A DNA stretch of 34,729 nucleotides from Planctomycetaceae bacterium (lineage in GTDB: Bacteria; Planctomycetota; Planctomycetia; Planctomycetales; Planctomycetaceae). A program made the translations under genes and the position numbers. This document shows positions 1 to 7,400 of this stretch, in pieces. Under the pieces are notes generated by a model. The model saw only the letters and a program-made list of their open reading frames with translations. It was not told the DNA's origin and did no database searches. The stretch is taken from NCBI GenBank assembly GCA_020426425.1, contig JAGQQB010000001.1, forward strand, positions 1-34,729, given 5' to 3'. How positions within the stretch are numbered: position 1 is the first letter of the stretch; the number at the start of each line of letters is the position of its first letter.

Positions 1-486
1 GAGTTTCGCATCCCCTACAAGCCGATGGCTCGTGGACAGGGACGCGGCAATAGTGGCTTCTATCTCCAGAGCCGCTACGAAGTGCAAGTGCTGGATTCGT
101 TCGGCCTCGAAGGGATCGAGAACGAGTGTGGCGCGCTGTATCGCACACGTCGTCCGGCCTTCAACATGTGCCTGCCTCCTTTGCAGTGGCAGACCTACGA
201 CATCGACTTCAGCCCAGCGAAGTTTGACGCACAGGGCAACAAGACCCGCAACATGCGGATCAGTGTGTGGCATAATGGCGTGTTGATCCACGACCGCGCG
301 GACATCCCCAACAAGACCGGTGCTGGTAAGCCGGAAGGACCGGAGCCGCTGATTACCAAACTCCAGGATCACGGCAATCCGGTCGTGTATCGGAATCTGT
401 GGATGATTGATCGAACACAGCCTGGGACGGAAAGCATCAGTTGGTTGCGACTTCCGCCACAAGGTCCGCCCGTGCCGATCCGGTGA
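1..486 (+). CDS. DUF1080 / 3-keto-disaccharide hydrolase-family protein, C-terminal fragment (5' end upstream of window)
   Basis: Frame 1 is open from base 1 (EFRIPYKP precedes the tracked Met at 25) and stops at TGA 484-486. The motif run [57 protein letters not shown] matches the DUF1080 jelly-roll family as I recall it. Confidence 0.75.
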   Translation, partial: EFRIPYKPMARGQGRGNSGFYLQSRYEVQVLDSFGLEGIENECGALYRTRRPAFNMCLPPLQWQTYDIDFSPAKFDAQGNKTRNMRISVWHNGVLIHDRADIPNKTGAGKPEGPEPLITKLQDHGNPVVYRNLWMIDRTQPGTESISWLRLPPQGPPVPIR

Positions 487-581
487 TGCCGTCGTCGATC
501 CGTTGATCTGGGTCGGCATCGCAGGGTATGATCAGCGGTGCAAGGATGGACCCGATTTCTGCCACCTGAGGGAGGCTCACG

Positions 582-878
582 ATGGCCGCTGCTCCCGATC
601 AGATGACGTTGCGTGAAAAGCTCAGCGAGGCGGAACGCCTGACGCGCGAGCTGATTCATCACGTGGAACATGGCTTTATCCCCAAAGCTCACCAGTTGCG
701 GCGGATTACGCGCTACAAGTCCGGCGACGACGAGCATTCCGACATCACTGATCACACAGTGCGGTCGACTGCTGAGAAAGTCCTGGAGAGCGACCAGTTT
801 ACGCGACAGGTTTGCGAGCAGCTCAATGGTGTGCTGAAAAGTGTGCAGGCCGATGTGGAACGACTCCAGGGGCGTTAG
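582..878 (+). CDS. hypothetical small charged/helical protein (98 aa)
   Basis: A GAGGGAGG Shine-Dalgarno at 568-575 lies 6 nt before ATG 582. Third-codon positions are G/C-rich (66 of 98 by hand count). The competing 249-aa minus-strand ORF (369..1118) overlaps the DUF1080 3' end and looks like a shadow. No family recognised. Confidence 0.5.
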   Translation: MAAAPDQMTLREKLSEAERLTRELIHHVEHGFIPKAHQLRRITRYKSGDDEHSDITDHTVRSTAEKVLESDQFTRQVCEQLNGVLKSVQADVERLQGR

Positions 879-945
879 GAGTGCGTACTGCGGGCGAGGA
901 CTTCCAACTTTCATACGAAAAAAACGGATTTTCGAGGAAAAGACT

Positions 946-975
946 GAGAACCTTTCCAATAATTGGGTGGTTCTC
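946..975. repeat. near-perfect 30-nt palindrome GAGAACC-ttt-CCAAT-a-ATTGG-gt-GGTTCTC in an AT-rich patch
   Basis: GAGAACC (946-952) is the reverse complement of GGTTCTC (969-975). The inner CCAAT/ATTGG pair is also self-complementary. It lies between the small ORF (stop 878) and the kinase start (1207). Confidence 0.5.
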
Positions 976-1206
976 ACTATGAGCACAACACGTTCACTCA
1001 CGCATTTCGATTCGGGCAATTCGCCCAAGGATTTTTCAATCAGTTCGTTGACCTTGCGCCAGATGCCCATGTCTCCTTCGGCCGAAGTGGCAATGTGGCG
1101 GCTGCGAGTTCGAGGCAAATCCGGTCGGCGATTGGGGATGGTTCCCCGACGTCCACCTCAGTTTCACCTGATTCCCACATCCTGATTCCAACGGAAGTGA
1201 TCCCCG

Positions 1207-4068
1207 ATGTCCACGGGCGTTCGGCTACCGAGCGGTGAATCCAGCGGCACAGCGTACGCGTTTGTGCGTCCGCTGCCGGGCGCTCCACGCGCATCAGACA
1301 GCAGCGTTTCGCATCCCAGGCTGCCAGCAGAGTTCGTGACTGGCGATGTCGCGGGAGTGCTCTTCCCTCCCAAGCACACCGATTCCGATCTGCTGCCCTC
1401 GGTTACAGGGATCGCATTGGGGCATTTCGTCATCGAGGAGCGAATTGGTCGCGGCGGCATGGGGGCGGTCTTCCGCGCGATTGATCAACGGCTGAACCGC
1501 GTCGTGGCTCTGAAGATTCTGACGCCACACCAGTCGATGGACGCCCAGGCGATTCAGCGATTCCAGAACGAGGCTCGTTCCGCGGCTCAGCTCGATCATG
1601 ATCACATCGCACGCGTGCATTTCGTGGGCGAAGAACGGGGGCTGCATTTCATTGCGTTCGAGTTTGTCACCGGGACCAACATTCGCGATTTCATTCTGCA
1701 GAAGGGGCGGCTCGAACCGATTGAAGCGGTGAGTTATACGCTGCAGGTGGCGGAAGCGCTGCGTCACACGGCGGCGCAAAACGTGGTGCATCGTGACATC
1801 AAACCGTCCAATCTGATCGTTTCCCCCACTGGTCGCGTGAAACTTGTCGACCTTGGTCTCGCACGGCAGTTGCGTGCCGACGAGGCGAGCGCTGAAGATC
1901 TCACGACCGCAGGGACCGCGCTGGGGACCTTTGATTACATCTCACCCGAACAGGCGCGCGATGCCCGCAACGTCGATGTCCGCAGCGACATCTATTCGCT
2001 CGGTTGTACGCTGTATCACATGCTGACTGGCGAACCTCCGTACCCACGGGGGACGATGATCGAGAAGGTCGTCAGCCATCACGGTGCACCGCCTGACCCG
2101 TCGCTCAAGAATCGCGATGTCACCCCTCAATTGGCCCAAGTCGTCCAAAAGATGATGGCCAGCAATCCGGACGAACGATACGCATCGCCCGATTTGCTCA
2201 TTCAAGATCTTGTGCAGGTAGCGGAAGACCTTGGTCTTACGCGGCTCCCGTCGGAAGGTTACATCTGGGCGAGACCACTGTTCTCGCGTGATCAAGGCCG
2301 AGGCCGAGGGACCAGAACCTGGTTCACGCTGCTGGCCGCCCTCGTGGTGATGGCGATTCTGGCGGACAAGTTGCCGTGGCTCGCGGGGGAGACTCCGGAA
2401 GCCCCGTTCCCTCCTGCTCCGTCGGTGACAATCGACGTGGCGCCCAAGGCCCTGGATGCCGCGCCGGCGCCTCCTGCGCCAGCGGCAGCAGGACCATTAG
2501 TCGCAGCGGATGCGTCCGCTGGCACTCCAGCGACAAATGCCGACACGCAAACCGGCGGCAACACGAACGACTCCCAGGCCAGCGGTGTGATCGCAGCATT
2601 GACCGCTATGCAGCAGGCGCGTGCAACGCTGGATGAACCGCCACCGCGGGAAGTGATCGAACCAGAACCCGGTCCGCTGACAATGGTCGATCCAGGTGAT
2701 CTGTTACTGGCGCCAGAACGTGGATCCGGCGAAGCTGTGTTGGCTCGACCCGGGACGACCACCATGAGTCCAGAGACCACGATTGCGGCAACCACTGGCT
2801 CGCCTAGGGTGAGTCCTGAGACCACCTTCCCTAAACCGCCAAGTGTGGCACCTGCAGTCCAGCAACCGTTTGTCCTCCTGGGGACTGATGGAGACCGGAA
2901 GCCATATGGCACGCTCTTCGCCGCACTGAATGATGCCTCCGACGATGCAGTGATCGAACTCGAATATAACGGCCGCGCCGCAGGTCCACAGGACCCACTG
3001 CGCGTGAGTGCCAAACGCATTCGCATTCGCCCCGCCGAAGGGTTTCGACCAGTTCTCGAATTCCAACAGAAGTCGGCGGCGGCGACCTCCATTAACTCCG
3101 CCATTCGTGGCATCACCTTACTCAACGGGATGCTCGAGTTGTACGACCTGGATCTGGAACTGCGCACAACAGCGAACTCGGTTGTCGACCAATGGGCCTT
3201 GTTCTCGTTGACTGGTCGTAGTGAAATTCTGCTCAAAGGCTGCTCCTGCACGATCGTCAACACGTATCTGCGTCCTGCGGTGTTGTTTGAACTCCCGGTG
3301 CGGCAGTCGTCGGGACTGACCCAAATGATGAACGACCAGATGCGGGCGCCGGGCTACTCGATTCGACTGGAAGAGTGTGTCATTCGTGGCCAGGCGGACT
3401 TTCTGCAGCAAGATCACGCGTACCCCACGGACGTGTCTCTGGAGAACGTCGCCCTGGCCCTCAGCGGGCACGTCCTGACAATTGATGGGCGCGACAATGT
3501 CTCGACTTCCAGTGGCGATGAAGAAGATGACCTCATCGACTTGAAGCTTAATCACGTTACGGCCCTGATGGGGGAAGGGTTGATTCAAGCGACTTCGGGC
3601 GACTACGGACGGTTCCCGGTCATTCAGGTTGACACCCGCAACAGCCTGTTCAGTTCACTCGATCCGCAGAAACCGCTGATCGAATTCTCTGGACACGAGG
3701 AACTCGACTTCCTGCTGGAAAAGCTTAGCTGGATCAGTCGCCGTGACCCCAACTTCTTTGAACTGACCGGCCCGATGTGGTTCGTCGATGCTCCGCAGTC
3801 GCTGGGACTGGAATTTCAACGGAGCTTCGACTTCGCGACATGGGCCGAATTCTGGGGAGAAGAAGGAGACGCAATCGTGCGTTCTGGGCTGTTCCGCAAT
3901 CCTCGCCTGGGACCGGTGTCGCAGCTCGCACAGATGGAGTCGGCCGATTTCGTCCTCCGATCGAGCGATGTCGTCCCCAACCCCGCTCAAAGTGCGACTG
4001 GCGATCGACGCGACTGCGGTGTTGATTGGTCGTCCCCGCGCGTTCCGCGGCATCTGCCGACCCCGTGA
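1207..4068 (+). CDS. membrane-anchored Hanks-type Ser/Thr protein kinase with large extracytoplasmic C-terminal region
   Basis: Kinase motifs present: glycine loop GRGGMGAVF, VALK, catalytic loop HRDIKPSNL (about 1789-1815), DLG (about 1848-1856) and SPEQ. One TM helix WFTLLAALVVMAIL lies at about 2320-2361. A Pro/Ala-rich linker follows, then about 430 aa of beta-rich sequence with no motif I recognise. Confidence 0.9.
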   Translation: MSTGVRLPSGESSGTAYAFVRPLPGAPRASDSSVSHPRLPAEFVTGDVAGVLFPPKHTDSDLLPSVTGIALGHFVIEERIGRGGMGAVFRAIDQRLNRVVALKILTPHQSMDAQAIQRFQNEARSAAQLDHDHIARVHFVGEERGLHFIAFEFVTGTNIRDFILQKGRLEPIEAVSYTLQVAEALRHTAAQNVVHRDIKPSNLIVSPTGRVKLVDLGLARQLRADEASAEDLTTAGTALGTFDYISPEQARDARNVDVRSDIYSLGCTLYHMLTGEPPYPRGTMIEKVVSHHGAPPDPSLKNRDVTPQLAQVVQKMMASNPDERYASPDLLIQDLVQVAEDLGLTRLPSEGYIWARPLFSRDQGRGRGTRTWFTLLAALVVMAILADKLPWLAGETPEAPFPPAPSVTIDVAPKALDAAPAPPAPAAAGPLVAADASAGTPATNADTQTGGNTNDSQASGVIAALTAMQQARATLDEPPPREVIEPEPGPLTMVDPGDLLLAPERGSGEAVLARPGTTTMSPETTIAATTGSPRVSPETTFPKPPSVAPAVQQPFVLLGTDGDRKPYGTLFAALNDASDDAVIELEYNGRAAGPQDPLRVSAKRIRIRPAEGFRPVLEFQQKSAAATSINSAIRGITLLNGMLELYDLDLELRTTANSVVDQWALFSLTGRSEILLKGCSCTIVNTYLRPAVLFELPVRQSSGLTQMMNDQMRAPGYSIRLEECVIRGQADFLQQDHAYPTDVSLENVALALSGHVLTIDGRDNVSTSSGDEEDDLIDLKLNHVTALMGEGLIQATSGDYGRFPVIQVDTRNSLFSSLDPQKPLIEFSGHEELDFLLEKLSWISRRDPNFFELTGPMWFVDAPQSLGLEFQRSFDFATWAEFWGEEGDAIVRSGLFRNPRLGPVSQLAQMESADFVLRSSDVVPNPAQSATGDRRDCGVDWSSPRVPRHLPTP

Positions 4069-4380
4069 TTCGGACTGCGGTCGTACGGCACCGCTTGCGA
4101 AGACAAACGCGATCGATGGCTCACTGGGCCCATGTAGCCGTTACACGCCATCAATCCGCTGCAGTCCGCGAAATCCGACTGAACGGGCTGTTCCCATCCT
4201 CGGCAATGCTGCCTGTTGACGAATTCCAACATCCACAGGCGATTGCTTCTTCGCGTGGCTGCCTCGCATGGCAGGTTTGACCGTGTGCGCCACTTGGAAG
4301 CTGTGCGCGCATCGGGCGATGCATGGCAGTTTTGAAGAAAATGAATCCGGACGCCGCCATTTTGCGTTCGTCCTGCAGAA

Positions 4381-4414
4381 GCCCGATTTCGCACGACGCC
4401 CGATTTCGCACGAT
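4381..4414. repeat. tandem direct repeat, 2 x 17 nt (GCCCGATTTCGCACGAC / GCCCGATTTCGCACGAT), 26 nt upstream of the giant ATPase start
   Basis: Read directly: 4381-4397 and 4398-4414 are identical at 16 of 17 positions. A third degenerate copy of the core (GATTCGCA) overlaps the ATG at 4440. Confidence 0.85.
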
Positions 4415-4439
4415 GTAGTCCCCAACGAAACTGATTCGC

Positions 4440-7400
4440 ATGGTCGATTCCCCAAGTGCCCCCGCATCCCCTTCTCAACTGGAAGGCGGGACTTATGAGA
4501 TTCTGCGTCAACGCCTGGCAACGCACGCGAGCGATCTGCGCGATCGGCTGGACCAGCTCAACGAGCAACGTAAGTCCGTCTTCGGGTCCATCGATCTGCG
4601 TCTACTGACGACCGAACGAATTACCACCGATCACAACTGCGTTCCGCGCGACATGGTAGCGATCGGGCACCGCTTGCTGTTTGGATACAACGTTCACTTC
4701 GGTCTCAAGACCGAGCGGAACATCGAAGACGTTTTTGCCATCTATCGTTACGACGAGACCGAGCGCCAGTTGCACGTCGATGGTCTTGATCTGCTGCGTG
4801 ATGAACGATTCCTCAAAGACTTTCAGGAGGTCTATCGCTACTACAAGAACGCCACGTTCTCGAAGTTCTTCGTCACGCGCACGCACTTGTACATGGTGTT
4901 TCAGGTTGGTAAGGCGGCCACCGACATCAAGACGTTCAAGTGGGCGATCACGCCGGATGGTCTTGCCTATCTTGATAATCGCAGCGACCACGAGGTGCGG
5001 TACCCGCCACAGCATGAGTTCTCCTGGATTCGTACGACGCGCGACATGCATCGACCAGGGCTGCATCCGCACGTTTCGATTGAAGATCGCATCTTTGTCG
5101 AGACGGTCGGTGGCGATCTGACGATCAAAGTTGAGAACAACACGGAGAGCGGTGCCGGCATCTACTCCGAACCAGTCGACGATCCCGACCAAACGCTCGA
5201 TGATGCCGACATCAGCTATGCGGTCGTCGGCAACTGCATTTTGCTCAAAGTCCGCCCGTATCAGGAGCAGGCGAATCGGTTCATCGTCTACAACCAGAAG
5301 ATCGCTCAGGCGCGACGCATTGATGCGTTGCGCGATGCCTGCGTCCTGTTGCCGGATGATCACGGACTGATCTTCTCCAACGGGTACTACCTGCAGACCG
5401 GTGAACACAAGATGTTCGAAAGCGACATGCGCGGATTGCTATTCGAGCGGCGCATCGTTTCTCCCAACGGCGAGGACACGCTGTTCGTCTTTTACCAGCC
5501 TGAGACGGGCGTGTACGTGCTGCTCGGTTACAACGTCATTCGGCAGCAGGTGGAAACCCCCATCGTCTGTCACGGTTTCACGATGTTTCATGGCGGCGAG
5601 ATGATCCTGATCAAGTCGCCGGATCAGCCACAGAAGCATCATGCGATTCAGTTGTGGCAGACGCCTTATGTTGGCGCCGACTATGTCCCCGAGCAAACGA
5701 CTGATTCGTATCTGTACAAGATCGGTAACCGGGACATCGTGCGGGGAATGTCTGAATGCCACGAACTGCTAAGTCTCATTGATCAGGATGACAGCTACTC
5801 CGGCCTGTACATCGACCTTGTGCGTCAGTCGACGGACATTCTCGACAGCTTCTTCTGGATTCACGAAGAAACAGCGGGCAATCTTGGTGTTGCGCTGACC
5901 GAAGTTCGGGCAGCCGCCAAGGCGGCGGTGGATGAATTTGAAAAGGTAACGCGTGTCCGCCGCAACACAGCGGAACAGACGAGCAAGGTCAGCACTGCGA
6001 CCCGGGAAACCCTCAACGCCGTAGGGCGGCGGCGGTTCGATCGCGTTGAGGAGTTCGTCCAGTCGCTGGCGAATCTCCGCAAACTGCGCGGGGAGGTGAT
6101 CGCATTGCGTGACCTGCGCTACGTGGACGAGGAACTCATTGCCGGACTGGAACAGCAGATTTCCGCATCGTCCGATCAGCTTTCACATCGGTGCGTCGAG
6201 TTCTTGCTGCAGGACGATGCGCTCCAGCCCTACGAACAACGAATCGATGAACAACAGACGCAAATTGGCAAACTCCAAAAGGTCGCCGAAGCACGCGTAC
6301 TGGACGAACAGATTTCCGCCTCGGGTCATGAGCTGGAATTGCTGATCGAGATAGTCTCGAACCTAAAGATCGACGACGCGACGCAGCGCACGCGAATCAT
6401 CGACAATATCTCTGCCATCTTCAGTCGTGTGAATACCGCACGGGCAAGCCTGAAGCGGCGCCGCAGCGAACTGGCGAGCACGGAAGGGGCGGCGGAATTT
6501 TCCAGTCAGCTCAAGTTGCTCAGCCAGTCTGTCGTCAGTTCACTCGATGTCTGTGACACGCCCGAAAAATGCGAGGAGTACCTCACGCGATTGATGGTGC
6601 AGATTGAGGAACTCGAAGGCAAGTTCGCCGAGTTTGATGACTTCCTGCTGCAACTCGTCGAGAAACGGGAAGACGTTTCCGGCGCCTTTGAATCACGCCG
6701 CATGCAACTGGTTGAGCAGCGGAATCGTCGCGCGAACTCGTTGGCGCAGGCAGCTGATCGAATTCTCAAAGGGATTCGCTCGCGTGTCTCTGCGCTGGAG
6801 TCAATCCAGGAGATCCACGGCTACTTCGCCGCTGACCTGATGGTCGACAAGGTGCGCGATCTTATTGGCCAGCTCACCGAACTGGATGACTCGGTCAAAG
6901 CCGAGGACATTCAGTCGCGACTGAAGACGATTCGCGAAGATGCGGTTCGGCAACTCAAGGATCGTCAGGAACTGTTCGAAGAGGGCGCGAGCATCCTGCG
7001 ATTCGGACAGCATCGTTTCTCAGTGAACACGCAGTTGCTCGATCTGACGACCGTGTTGCGAGACGATCGATTGCATCTGCATTTGACCGGCACCGAGTTC
7101 TACGAACCGCTCGACAAGACCGAGTTAAATGAGACCCGACCGGTCTGGGGCATGGAGGTTTGCAGTGAGAATGCGGACGTTTATCGGGCCGAGTATCTCG
7201 CCTATCGCATGTTTCGCGAACTGGGGAACGCAATCGATCTGGCTGAGTCGAACGTGTTGGCAGCAGTCCAGCAGTTCATGGCCCCGCGATACGTGGAAGG
7301 CTACACCAAAGGAGTGCATGATCATGATGCCGCCCTCCTGATTCGCGCCCTGTGTGAGTCCGATCAGCACGCTGGGCTACTACGTTATTCACCCCAGGCG

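Noticed and set aside
369-1118. 249-aa minus-strand ORF spanning the DUF1080 3' end and the 582..878 ORF
   Set aside because: It overlaps a recognisable DUF1080 coding end. The plus ORF has a GGGAGG ribosome-binding site and G/C-rich third positions. The C-terminal half of the minus ORF is Arg/Gly/Pro junk.
2292-3263. 323-aa minus-strand ORF and smaller ORFs inside the kinase linker region
   Set aside because: They lie antisense to the Pro/Ala-rich linker of an otherwise continuous kinase ORF. Their low-complexity Ser/Ala/Gly/Arg composition is expected from a reverse reading of GC-rich repeats.
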